Assembly (NCBI GenBank): GCA_023400405.1 | Contig: JAEXFD010000052.1 | Span: forward strand, 13,832 to 77,831 | Source: Pseudomonadota bacterium | GTDB taxonomy: Bacteria; Pseudomonadota; Alphaproteobacteria; Sphingomonadales; Sphingomonadaceae | Direction: 5' to 3' | Length of the DNA stretch: 64,000 bases | Part shown: one piece after another, positions 1-8,443 of the stretch | How positions within the stretch are numbered: the first letter of the stretch is position 1 | Layout of the letters: the number at the start of each line of letters is the position of its first letter | Notes under the pieces: generated by a model | Databases searched by the model: none | Seen by the model: the letters and a program-made list of their open reading frames with translations, nothing else | What the model was told of the DNA's origin: nothing | Made by a program: the position numbers and the translations under genes

Positions 1-16
1 GCCAAGCAGGAATGGG

Positions 17-334
17 ATGCCCATGGACCGGCGTGAGGCCCTTATCCAGGTGATCGACGCGCTCCATGCCGAGATCGCCGCGCTCAAGGCGAACGACATC
101 GCCGGGCTGGAAACGGCGACGCGGACCAAGCTCGCCGCGATCGACACGGTCGCGCTGTATGACGGCGAGGCGCCGTCCGCGGAGGTCAAGCAGCTCGCGG
201 CCGAGGCGCACCGCCTCAACGAGACCTGCCGGATCTACGTCAACCTGATGGCGGCAAATGTCCGCCGCCGGCTGCAACTTCTTTCCGGCCAGGATTTGCC
301 GGCCTATAAGCCGGTCGGCTACGCCATCGCCTGA
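17..334 (+). CDS. flgN: Flagellar export chaperone FlgN-like protein
   Basis: Small helical protein with 'RLNETCRIYVNLMAANVRRRLQLL' (FlgN-like N..N..L pattern) at the edge of the flagellar cluster; start may be 23. Confidence 0.65.
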   Translation: MPMDRREALIQVIDALHAEIAALKANDIAGLETATRTKLAAIDTVALYDGEAPSAEVKQLAAEAHRLNETCRIYVNLMAANVRRRLQLLSGQDLPAYKPVGYAIA

Positions 335-341
335 TCCCCTC

Positions 342-362
342 CCGGCGCGGTCGCCGCGCCGG
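342..362 (+). terminator. GC-rich hairpin after flgN
   Basis: ccggcgcgg-tcg-ccgcgccgg perfect 9-bp stem; no U-tract, so terminator function is uncertain. Confidence 0.35.
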
Positions 363-375
363 CGATCGTCCCGAC

Positions 376-390
376 TGGCACGCTCCTTGC
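376..390 (+). promoter_or_regulatory. sigma54 (-24/-12) promoter for slt-flhA-fliA
   Basis: TGGCAC-gctcc-TTGC matches the TGGCAC-N5-TTGC consensus; ends 38 bp before ATG 429. Confidence 0.85.
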
Positions 391-428
391 TCTGATGGGC
401 CCACCATGGGCAATCGGACTGCAAATCG

Positions 429-1340
429 ATGAGCGTCGCTTCGGTAAGCGCCCGCGCGGGCGTCCAGACCGCCATCGCCACGGCGAGCCGCAAGACCGGT
501 ATCGACTTCAATTACCTGCTCGGCCAGGCACAGGTCGAAAGCGGCCTGCGCGCCGATGCGCGCGCCGGCACCTCGTCCGCGACGGGGCTCTATCAATTCA
601 TCGAGCAGAGCTGGCTCGGCGTGGTCAAGCAGCACGGCGCCGAGCATGGGCTGGGCTGGGCGGCCGACAGCATCAAGCAGACGAGCACGGGCCGCTATGT
701 CGTGAGCGACGCCGGGACGCGCCAGGCAATCCTCGGGCTGCGCAGCGATCCGCAGGTCTCGGCGCTGATGGCCGCGGAGCATGCCGCCGACAACAAGGCC
801 GCGCTCGAGCAATCGCTCGGCCGCCCCGCCACCGGCACCGACCTTTATATGGCGCATTTTCTCGGCCTCGGCGGCGCGGACAAGTTTCTGAGCCATCTCG
901 CCGCCAATCCGGACCGCAGCGGCGCGAGCCTGTTCCCGGCGGCGGCGCGCGCCAATCGCAGCATCTTCTTCGCCGGCAACGGCCAGCCGCGCTCGCTCTC
1001 CGAAATCTACAGCCGCTTCGCCGGCAAGCTCGACAAGGGCGCCGCCGCGGTCGGCGCGACCGGGCTCGCCTCGGACGGAGTCGATGCCGGCTTCGACGCG
1101 GCGGCGCGTGCCTGGTCCGACGGCGGCAACGAAGTGATCCTCGGCAATGGCGCGGTCGATAGCGACCGGCACTGGGTCGAGACCACGCTCGCCCAGCTGA
1201 ACGTCGCGCATTCGAGCGCCGATCCCGCACAGGGCCAGGCCGCGATCGATCCGGCGCTGCGCCAGCGCATCGATCCGCTACGCCCGACGCCGGCGACTGC
1301 CCGGCTCGCCTATCTCATGCTCGCCAATCTCGGAGCGTAA
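429..1340 (+). CDS. Flagellum-associated lytic transglycosylase (SLT domain)
   Basis: Catalytic 'AQVESG', 'SSATGLYQF' and 'LYMAHFLG' motifs; co-transcribed with flhA. Confidence 0.8.
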   Translation: MSVASVSARAGVQTAIATASRKTGIDFNYLLGQAQVESGLRADARAGTSSATGLYQFIEQSWLGVVKQHGAEHGLGWAADSIKQTSTGRYVVSDAGTRQAILGLRSDPQVSALMAAEHAADNKAALEQSLGRPATGTDLYMAHFLGLGGADKFLSHLAANPDRSGASLFPAAARANRSIFFAGNGQPRSLSEIYSRFAGKLDKGAAAVGATGLASDGVDAGFDAAARAWSDGGNEVILGNGAVDSDRHWVETTLAQLNVAHSSADPAQGQAAIDPALRQRIDPLRPTPATARLAYLMLANLGA

Positions 1341-1346
1341 TCGCCA

Positions 1347-3428
1347 GTGACTGCTTTCGCGCTTCCCCAGGGAGTCGGCCCCGCCGCCAGGAGCTTCGCG
1401 CTGCCCGGCGCGATCATGCTGCTCGTCGCGCTGATGGTCGTGCCGATCCCGGCCTTCCTGCTCGACGCCTTTTTCGTGCTCAACATCATGATCAGCCTCG
1501 CGGTGCTGATGGTCGCGCTCAATGCGCAGAAGCCGCTCGATTTCTCGGCCTTCCCGACCGTGTTGCTGTTCGCGACGCTGTTCCGCCTCGGCCTGAACGT
1601 CGCCTCGACGCGCGTCGTGCTGGTCCATGGCCATGAGGGCGAGAGCGCCGCGGGCCATGTCATCGAGGCGTTCGGCACCTTCATGATCGGCGGCGACTAT
1701 GTCGTCGGCCTGGTCGTGTTCGCGGTGATCGTGATCATCAACATGATCGTGGTGACGAAGGGCGCCGGCCGCGTCTCCGAAGTCTCGGCGCGCTTCACCC
1801 TCGATGCGTTGCCCGGCAAGCAGATGGCGATCGACGCCGATCTGAACGCCGGCCTCATCACCCCGGACGAGGCGCGCGCGCGCCGCCAGGAAGTCTCGAC
1901 CGAAGCCGATTTCTACGGCGCGATGGACGGTTCGTCCAAGTTCGTGAAGGGCGACGCGATCGCCGGGCTGCTGATCCTCGGGATCAACGTCATCGGCGGC
2001 CTGATCCTCGGCGTCGCCAGCCATCATATGGCGGTGGGCGAGGCGGCCTCGACCTATGTGCTGCTGGCGATCGGTGACGCGTTGGTCGCGCAGGTGCCGG
2101 CGCTGCTGCTCTCGATCGCGGCCGCTGCGATCGTGACGCGAGTCACCTCGAGCCACGATCTTGCCGGCCAGATCGGCAGCCAGTTCGGCAGCCACAAGAC
2201 CTGGACCCCGGTTGCGATCATCCTCGGCCTGCTTGGCGTGTTCCCGGGCATGCCGCACCTCGTCATCCTGCCCGCTGCCGCCGCGTCGGGCTTCGTCGCC
2301 TGGCGGATGCGCAAGGCCGCCCGTCGGCCGGCGCCCGCGCCGGTGGTCGCCGCCGAGCCGGTCGACCAGTCGCGGATCGGCTGGGAGGAAGTGACCGACA
2401 ACATGCAGGTGATGCTCGACATCGGCTATGGCCTGGTGCCGCTGGTCGACGAGCGCCGCGGCGGGCCGCTGATGGGGCGGATCACCGGCGTGCGGCGCCA
2501 GCTTTCGAAGGAACTGGGCTTCGTCGTCCCGCAGGTACGGGTGCGCGACGACATCAACCTTGCGCCCTTCACCTATCGCATCGTCATCGGCGGCGTGGTG
2601 ATCGGCGAGGATTCGGTGTCGCCCGACGAAGTGCTCGCGCTCGATACCGGCCAGGCGGCGGGCCGGCTGCACGGCAAGCGGGTGAAGGACCCGACCTTCG
2701 GGCTCGACGCGGTGTGGATCGCGCAGGGCGATGCCGATGCGGCGACCGGCCTGGGCTATCTCGTCGTCGATCCGGGCACGGTGGTCGCCACCCATCTCAA
2801 CCAGTGCCTGCTGCAAAGCGCGGCGGACCTGCTCGGCCCCGACGAGGTGCAGGCGCTGCTCGACGGGCTCAAGGAGCGTTCGGCGCAGCTCGTCGCCTCG
2901 CTCTCGCCCCAGCCGGTGTCGCTCACCATCCTCACCCAGGTGCTGCGCGGGCTGCTTGCCGAGAATATCTCGCTCAAGGAATTCCGCCGCATCGCCGCCG
3001 CGATCGCGCTCGCCGCGCAGAAGACGCTCGATCCCGAGGAGCTGATCGAACTGATCCGCCCCGAGCTCGGCCCGCTGATCATCCAGAAATTGTGCGGCGT
3101 GCGCGAGCCGCTGCGCGTGATGACGCTCGAAGGCCAGCTCGAGGCGCTGCTCGGCCAGGCGGTGCGCTCCGATCCGTCGCGCCGCCACGCGATCGAGCCC
3201 GATCTCGGCCGCCGCATCGCCGAGGCGCTGCAACGCGCCGCCCAGCCGCTGGTCGCCGAGGCGAAGCCCTTCGCGCTCGTCGTCCAGCCGGCAATCCGCA
3301 TCGCCATCCGCAAGCTCATCAAGACCGTGCTGCCCGATACGCCGGTGATGAGCTTCTTCGAAGTGCCCGAAGACAAGGCCGTCGAAGTGGTGGCGGTGAT
3401 CGGTGCGCCGGAGGCGCTGGCCGCATGA
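1347..3428 (+). CDS. flhA: Flagellar export gate protein FlhA
   Basis: FHIPEP signature 'RVSEVSARFTLDALPGKQMAIDADL', 'FYGAMDGSSKFVKGDAIAG'; 693 aa. Confidence 0.97.
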   Translation: MTAFALPQGVGPAARSFALPGAIMLLVALMVVPIPAFLLDAFFVLNIMISLAVLMVALNAQKPLDFSAFPTVLLFATLFRLGLNVASTRVVLVHGHEGESAAGHVIEAFGTFMIGGDYVVGLVVFAVIVIINMIVVTKGAGRVSEVSARFTLDALPGKQMAIDADLNAGLITPDEARARRQEVSTEADFYGAMDGSSKFVKGDAIAGLLILGINVIGGLILGVASHHMAVGEAASTYVLLAIGDALVAQVPALLLSIAAAAIVTRVTSSHDLAGQIGSQFGSHKTWTPVAIILGLLGVFPGMPHLVILPAAAASGFVAWRMRKAARRPAPAPVVAAEPVDQSRIGWEEVTDNMQVMLDIGYGLVPLVDERRGGPLMGRITGVRRQLSKELGFVVPQVRVRDDINLAPFTYRIVIGGVVIGEDSVSPDEVLALDTGQAAGRLHGKRVKDPTFGLDAVWIAQGDADAATGLGYLVVDPGTVVATHLNQCLLQSAADLLGPDEVQALLDGLKERSAQLVASLSPQPVSLTILTQVLRGLLAENISLKEFRRIAAAIALAAQKTLDPEELIELIRPELGPLIIQKLCGVREPLRVMTLEGQLEALLGQAVRSDPSRRHAIEPDLGRRIAEALQRAAQPLVAEAKPFALVVQPAIRIAIRKLIKTVLPDTPVMSFFEVPEDKAVEVVAVIGAPEALAA

Positions 3429-4195
3429 ACGCTCTGACCCCAGGGAAACTCGACGACATGGCGTCACTCGCACTCGCTCCCTCGCCCCTGCTTTACACCC
3501 CTGCGCCGCCCCGCCGCGACGCCGAAGCGCTGGCGCGCACGCACTTGCCGCTGGTCCGGCGGATCGCCTGGCACATCCATGGCTCGATGAGCGCGATCGT
3601 CGAGGTGGAGGACCTGATCCAGGTCGGGCTGGTGGCGCTGCTCGAGGCAGCCGAGGCCTTTGAGGATCGCGGCCAAGTGAGCTTCGAGCAATATCTGGCG
3701 ACTCGCCTGAGGGGCGCGATGATCGACGAGCTGCGCCGCCAGGCGACGCTGACCCGCGGCGCGATGCGGCGGCGCAAGGCCTATCAGGCGGCGGTGGGTT
3801 CGCTCGCGGCGGCGCTGGGCCACGCGCCCGACGAGGCCGCGGTGGCGGAAAAGCTCGGCATCACGGTCGAGAAGCTGCGCGCCGACTATGCCAGCGCCGA
3901 GGCGGTGCGCTTCGAATCCATCGACGAGCATTATTCGGACGAGAGCCCCTGGTTCATGGCCGACGAGCCCAATGCCTTCGACCAGCTCGCCGAAGCCGGG
4001 CAGCGCGAGGCGCTGGTCGCGGCGATCGCCGCGCTGCCGACGCGCGAGCAGCAGGTGATCCAGCTTTATTATGTCGAGGAATTGAACCTCGAAGAGATCG
4101 GCCAGGTGCTCGGCGTCGGCGCCGCGCGGATCTGTCAGATCAAGGCATCGGCGCATGCGCGGCTGAAGAAGGCGCTCGCCCGCCGCATGGGCTGA
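3425..4195 (+). CDS. fliA: RNA polymerase sigma-28 factor FliA
   Basis: 'DLIQVGLVAL', 'RLRGAMIDELR', 'LYYVEELNLEEIGQVLGVGAARICQI'; ATG overlaps the flhA stop (ATGA); alternative start 3458. Confidence 0.93.
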   Translation: MNALTPGKLDDMASLALAPSPLLYTPAPPRRDAEALARTHLPLVRRIAWHIHGSMSAIVEVEDLIQVGLVALLEAAEAFEDRGQVSFEQYLATRLRGAMIDELRRQATLTRGAMRRRKAYQAAVGSLAAALGHAPDEAAVAEKLGITVEKLRADYASAEAVRFESIDEHYSDESPWFMADEPNAFDQLAEAGQREALVAAIAALPTREQQVIQLYYVEELNLEEIGQVLGVGAARICQIKASAHARLKKALARRMG

Positions 4196-4265
4196 TCGCC
4201 CGGCCCCGCTTGCACCGCCGCGGCGCTTGCCCCAGACCACCTCCCGAAACCAGGGAGGGAAGTGC

Positions 4266-5630
4266 ATGCGGGGAATGGCGAAATTCGTGCTGGCGGCGTC
4301 GGCCGCGATGCTGCTGCCGATGGCGGCCGGCGCGCAGACCGCGCCGGCGCAGGGCTGGACGGTGCGGCCCGAATGGGTGCGCGCGCATGAGAGCTTTCTG
4401 GCGAGCGACGCGCTGCAGGGCCGCGGCAGCGCGACTCGCGACGAGGCGATCGCCGCCGCCTATGTCGCTTCCCAGTTCGAGAGCTTCGGGCTGAAGACTG
4501 CGCCGGGCATGGCCGGCTATCTCCAGCCCGCGACGATCGTGCGGGCGACCCTCAAGGGCGCATCGCTGGTCTCGGGCGCGATCAACCTGCCGCAGATCGC
4601 CGTGCTGGTCGGTGCGGCGGAGGGGACGGGGGGCAAGTCGGTCGTCTATGCCGGCAGCGATCCCGCCGGGCTGCCGGCGGGCGAAGTGGTGCTGGCCTCG
4701 GGCGACCCGGACATCATGGCGATCTACCGCGCCGCCGCGCGCAAGGACGTGAAGCTCCTCGTGCTGCGTGAAAGCGCCCGGACCCAGGCGATGGTGAAGG
4801 CGATGGGCGGCCAGCCGCGGATGCCGACCTTCCTCGAGGGCGCGCCGAAGGAGCCGCGCACGGTCGTCGTCGTGGTTCCGGCCGCGCAGTTCGACGCGCT
4901 GGCGAAGAAGCCGGGTGCCGACGTGCAAGTGAAGCTCGACGTCGCGCGCGAGACCAGCATCACCACCAATGCGATCGGCTGGCTGCCGGGCACCGATCCG
5001 AAGGCGGGCGTGATCCTGCTCACGGCGCATCTCGATCATCTCGGGGTCCGGCCGGACGGGGTGATCATGCACGGTGCCAATGACGACGCGTCGGGCACCA
5101 CGGCGGTGCTGGAACTGGCGCGGGCGCTGGCCGCGGGCAAGCCGTTGAAGCGCGGCATCCTCTTCGTCGCCTATGGCGCGGAGGAGATCGGCGGCATGGG
5201 CTCGACCTGGTTCGGCCTGCACCCGCCGGTGCCGCTCGCCGACATGGTCGCCAATATCGAGTTCGAGATGATCGGCGCGCAGGATCCGAAGCTCCCCGCG
5301 GGGCAGATGATGATGACGGGGTTCGAGCGCTCGAACCTGGGCGAGACGCTGAAGAACCACGGCGCGCTGGTGACGGCCGACCCCTATCCCGATCAGCATT
5401 TCTTCGAGCGTTCGGACAATTATTCGCTCGCGCTGCAGGGCGTGGTTGCGCACACGATCTCGGGCTGGGCGGTGATCCCGACCTATCACACCCCGAAGGA
5501 CGATCTCGCCAGCCTCGACATCGCGTTCATGACGCGTGCGATCCAGTCGCTGGTCGAGCCGATTCGTTCGCTGGCGAACAGCGCCGACAGACCGGAATGG
5601 AAGCCCGGCGGGAAGCCCGGCAGCCGGTAA
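4266..5630 (+). CDS. Secreted M28-family metallopeptidase
   Basis: Signal peptide; 'AHLDHLG', 'GANDDASG', 'AEEIG', 'RSDN', 'YHTPKD' Zn-binding motifs. Confidence 0.88.
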   Translation: MRGMAKFVLAASAAMLLPMAAGAQTAPAQGWTVRPEWVRAHESFLASDALQGRGSATRDEAIAAAYVASQFESFGLKTAPGMAGYLQPATIVRATLKGASLVSGAINLPQIAVLVGAAEGTGGKSVVYAGSDPAGLPAGEVVLASGDPDIMAIYRAAARKDVKLLVLRESARTQAMVKAMGGQPRMPTFLEGAPKEPRTVVVVVPAAQFDALAKKPGADVQVKLDVARETSITTNAIGWLPGTDPKAGVILLTAHLDHLGVRPDGVIMHGANDDASGTTAVLELARALAAGKPLKRGILFVAYGAEEIGGMGSTWFGLHPPVPLADMVANIEFEMIGAQDPKLPAGQMMMTGFERSNLGETLKNHGALVTADPYPDQHFFERSDNYSLALQGVVAHTISGWAVIPTYHTPKDDLASLDIAFMTRAIQSLVEPIRSLANSADRPEWKPGGKPGSR

Positions 5631-5654
5631 TTCGACAGGCGGTAATCCCACAGG

Positions 5655-5686
5655 AAAAACCCCGGTGGTCCCTAGGACCACCGGGG
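5655..5686 (-). terminator. Rho-independent terminator of fliC
   Basis: 12-bp stem ccccggtggtcc/ggaccaccgggg; A-run 5655-5659 gives a U-tract on the minus strand. Confidence 0.8.
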
Positions 5687-5768
5687 CTCCCCATGCGCCC
5701 CCTTCGCGTGCGAAGGGGTGACCGGCCTCGGTGCCTGTCAGGGGGGTGACACCCCGACCGGCACGCGC

Positions 5769-6587
5769 TTAACGAAGCAGCGAGAGAACCGACTGCTGGC
5801 TCTGGTTCGCCTGGGCGAGCATCGCCGTCGATGCCTGAGACAGGATCTGGGCCTTGGCGAGCGCCGCGGTTTCGGTCGAGTAATCGGTGTCCTCGATCCG
5901 GCTGCGGGCGTCGCTGAGGTTGTTCACGTTCGCGCTCAGATTGTTGACCGCCGACTCGAGCTGGCTCTGGCCGGCACCGAGCTTGGCGCGCGAGGTGTTG
6001 ACGGTCTTCAGTGCATTGTCGATCGTCGTCAGCGCGCTCGACGCGGTGGTCGAGCTCGAGATGCTGACGGCGGTCGCGGACGACAGATCGATCTTGCTGA
6101 AATCGAGCGAGACGGTGTTGCCCGAAGCCGAGCCCGTCTGGATCGTCACGCTGCCCGAAGAGCCGGCAGTGCCGTCGAACAGCGCCACGCCGTTGAACGT
6201 GGTGTTGTTGAGGATGCTGGTGATCTGGGTGGTCAGCGCCGTGACTTCGGTCTGCAGGTTGGTGCGGTCGTCGTTCGAATAGGTGCCCGACGAGGACTGC
6301 ACTGCCAGCTCGCGGATGCGCTGCAGCATGTTAGTCACTTCGCCCAGCGCGCCTTCGGCGGTCTGCGCCATCGAGATGCCGTCATTGGCATTGCGGATCG
6401 CCTGGTTCATGCCGCGGATCGACGAGGTCATGGTCGAGGCGATGGCGAGGCCGGCGGCATCGTCCTTCGCGCTGTTGATGCGCTTGCCGGTCGACAGGCG
6501 CTCCATCGCGGTGCTCATCGCCTTGTTGGCGCCAGTGGTGGCGTTGGCGGCGCGCATCGCTGCGGTGTTGGTTCCGATAACGGTCAT
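5769..6587 (-). CDS. fliC: Flagellin (272 aa, minimal variable region)
   Basis: 'ERLSTGKRINSAKDDAAG', 'NANDGISMAQTAEGAL', C-terminal 'SRIEDTDY...QILSQASTAMLAQAN'; GGAG RBS upstream of ATG 6587. Confidence 0.97.
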   Translation of the reverse strand: MTVIGTNTAAMRAANATTGANKAMSTAMERLSTGKRINSAKDDAAGLAIASTMTSSIRGMNQAIRNANDGISMAQTAEGALGEVTNMLQRIRELAVQSSSGTYSNDDRTNLQTEVTALTTQITSILNNTTFNGVALFDGTAGSSGSVTIQTGSASGNTVSLDFSKIDLSSATAVSISSSTTASSALTTIDNALKTVNTSRAKLGAGQSQLESAVNNLSANVNNLSDARSRIEDTDYSTETAALAKAQILSQASTAMLAQANQSQQSVLSLLR

Positions 6588-6658
6588 GTCAGTTACTCCA
6601 TGCTCGGCAGGCTTCCCGCGTATCCCCCCTGAACGGGAGCCCGGAGCTGCCGAGCCAA

Positions 6659-6685
6659 GAAACGGCCGCCATTCGATCGGCTTAA
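6659..6685 (-). promoter_or_regulatory. sigma28 promoter of fliC
   Basis: Minus strand TTAA-N15-GCCGTTTC resembles TAAA-N15-GCCGATAA. Confidence 0.7.
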
Positions 6686-6757
6686 GCAAAAAAATTTCGG
6701 CTCTACGCGCGCGCGCATAGACGCGCCCGGAACACGGCGGTCTGCGGCTTACGTAGA

Positions 6758-6773
6758 TTTACGGGCCGTTAAC
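6758..6773 (+). promoter_or_regulatory. CtrA-like box upstream of the flagellar activator gene
   Basis: TTTA-cgggccg-TTAAC, one mismatch to TTAA-N7-TTAAC. Confidence 0.5.
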
Positions 6774-6818
6774 CAACGATCCCCCAAAAGGGGCCTCGGG
6801 GATACAGGGGGAAACCTT

Positions 6819-8075
6819 ATGGGGTCGATCGTTCCGTCGGCGGCAGTGCTTCGCCAGAAATATTCGCTGGTGTCGGCGCTGCGGGCTCAAGGCTTTGCGA
6901 TCGGTTCCTGCGAAGATGCGCGGCCGGGCGCGGGGGACCTGTTCCTCGTCGCCGATGGCGAGACGCCGCCCGCCGCCTCACGCACGCTGATCCTGGGCGA
7001 CCAGGGCTGCCAGGCGATCGCCTTTGGCGACGGCAATCCGGCCCGCCTCTCCTATCCGGCCGAGGAATCCGCCGTCGGCACCGGCTTCGCCACCGCGATG
7101 CTCCGCGGCCCGCACGAGCCCGTCGCCGCCGATCCCGAGAGCCTCGCCCTGCTCGCACTCGCGGAGCGGGTTGCCGCTTCCGACATCACCGTGCTGATCA
7201 ACGGACCGACAGGCACCGGCAAGGAAGTGCTCGCCAAGGCGATCCACAACGGCTCGACGCGCCGCGATGGCCCCTTCGTCGCGGTCAATTGCGCCGCGCT
7301 GCCCGAAACGATGCTGGAAGCGATGCTGTTCGGCCATCAGAAGGGCGCGTTCACCGGCGCCTCCTCGGGCGGACAGGGCTTCTTCCGCGCGGCGCATGGC
7401 GGCACGCTGCTGCTCGACGAGATCGCCGAGATGCCGCTCAACCTCCAGGCCAAGCTGCTGCGTGCGCTGCAGGAGCGCGAAGTGGTGCCGATCGGCGGGA
7501 CGATGCCTGAAAAGGTCGACGTGCGCGTGATCGCCTGCGCCAATCGCGACCTGCAGGGCGAAGTCACTGCCGGTCGCTTCCGCGCCGACCTTTACTATCG
7601 CCTCTCGGTCTTCCCGCTGGCCACCAAGGCGCTGGCCGAGCGCGACGGCGACATCCCGGCGCTCGCCGCCGCAATGGTCGTCCGCCATGCCGGCGGCCGC
7701 GGGGCGATGCCGTGGATTTCGAACGCCGCGCTCGAAGCGCTGCGCGACCATGACTGGCCCGGCAATGTCCGCGAGCTCGAAAACGTCATCCAGCGCGCGC
7801 TGCTGCTCTGCGCCGGCGCGACAATCGAGCCCGAGCACCTGATCTTCGATCGCCCGGCCGAGCGCCGCGTCGAGGGCAATGCCGGCGGCTCGCTGTCCAA
7901 CATCGTCCAGATGCACGAGTTCGCCGCGATCCGCGACGTGCTCGCCGAATGCAACGGCAACCGGATCGAGACCGCCAAGCGGCTCGGCATCTCCGAGCGG
8001 ACGCTGCGCTACCGGCTCGCCAAGGCGCGCGAGCAGGGTGAGGATATCGACGTCGCCCGGAGAATCTCGGCATGA
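6819..8075 (+). CDS. sigma54-dependent flagellar transcriptional activator (FleQ/FleT/LafK-type enhancer-binding protein)
   Basis: Walker A 'GPTGTGKE', intact GAFTGA, 'LLDEI', 'WPGNVRELEN', C-terminal Fis-type HTH; no canonical REC domain; directly upstream of fliE. Confidence 0.9.
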   Translation: MGSIVPSAAVLRQKYSLVSALRAQGFAIGSCEDARPGAGDLFLVADGETPPAASRTLILGDQGCQAIAFGDGNPARLSYPAEESAVGTGFATAMLRGPHEPVAADPESLALLALAERVAASDITVLINGPTGTGKEVLAKAIHNGSTRRDGPFVAVNCAALPETMLEAMLFGHQKGAFTGASSGGQGFFRAAHGGTLLLDEIAEMPLNLQAKLLRALQEREVVPIGGTMPEKVDVRVIACANRDLQGEVTAGRFRADLYYRLSVFPLATKALAERDGDIPALAAAMVVRHAGGRGAMPWISNAALEALRDHDWPGNVRELENVIQRALLLCAGATIEPEHLIFDRPAERRVEGNAGGSLSNIVQMHEFAAIRDVLAECNGNRIETAKRLGISERTLRYRLAKAREQGEDIDVARRISA

Positions 8076-8440
8076 GCGGAATCGACGGAATCGGCGGCGG
8101 CGCGATGAGCGTGGATCGGGTCTTGGCGCTGCGGGCGCAGATCCTCGAGCGCAACACTGCGCTCGCCCGCGCCAACGAGGCGCCCGCCGGCGCCACCGCG
8201 GGCGCGACGGGGGCCAAGCCCGCAAGTTTCGCCTCGACGCTCGAAGACGCCTTCAAGCAGGTCAACCAGGCGCAGAACCAGGCCGGCGCGCTCTCCGAAG
8301 CCTATGAGCGCGGCGAGACGGTCGATATCGCCAAGGTGATGCTCGCCCGTCAGCAGGCCTCGGTCGGCTTCGAGGCGACCCTGCAGGTCCGCAACAAACT
8401 CCTGTCCGCTTACAAGGACATCATGAGCATGCCGGTGTAA
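8072..8440 (+). CDS. fliE: Flagellar hook-basal body protein FliE
   Basis: 'VMLARQQASVGFEATLQVRNKLLSAYKDIMSMPV'. Confidence 0.95.
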   Translation: MSGIDGIGGGAMSVDRVLALRAQILERNTALARANEAPAGATAGATGAKPASFASTLEDAFKQVNQAQNQAGALSEAYERGETVDIAKVMLARQQASVGFEATLQVRNKLLSAYKDIMSMPV

Positions 8441-8443
8441 TCG

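Noticed and set aside
1278..3473. Long antisense or alternate-frame ORFs (e.g. 1278-3473, 11401-13218, 24711-26453, 32068-33612, 36589-38376, 59998-61938, 61566-63422)
   Set aside because: Shadow ORFs typical of high-GC DNA; they overlap well-supported genes and have low-information Arg/Ala/Gly-rich translations
2714..4195. 493-aa ORF suggesting an N-terminally extended sigma factor
   Set aside because: The extension overlaps flhA out of frame; FliA starts at 3425 or 3458
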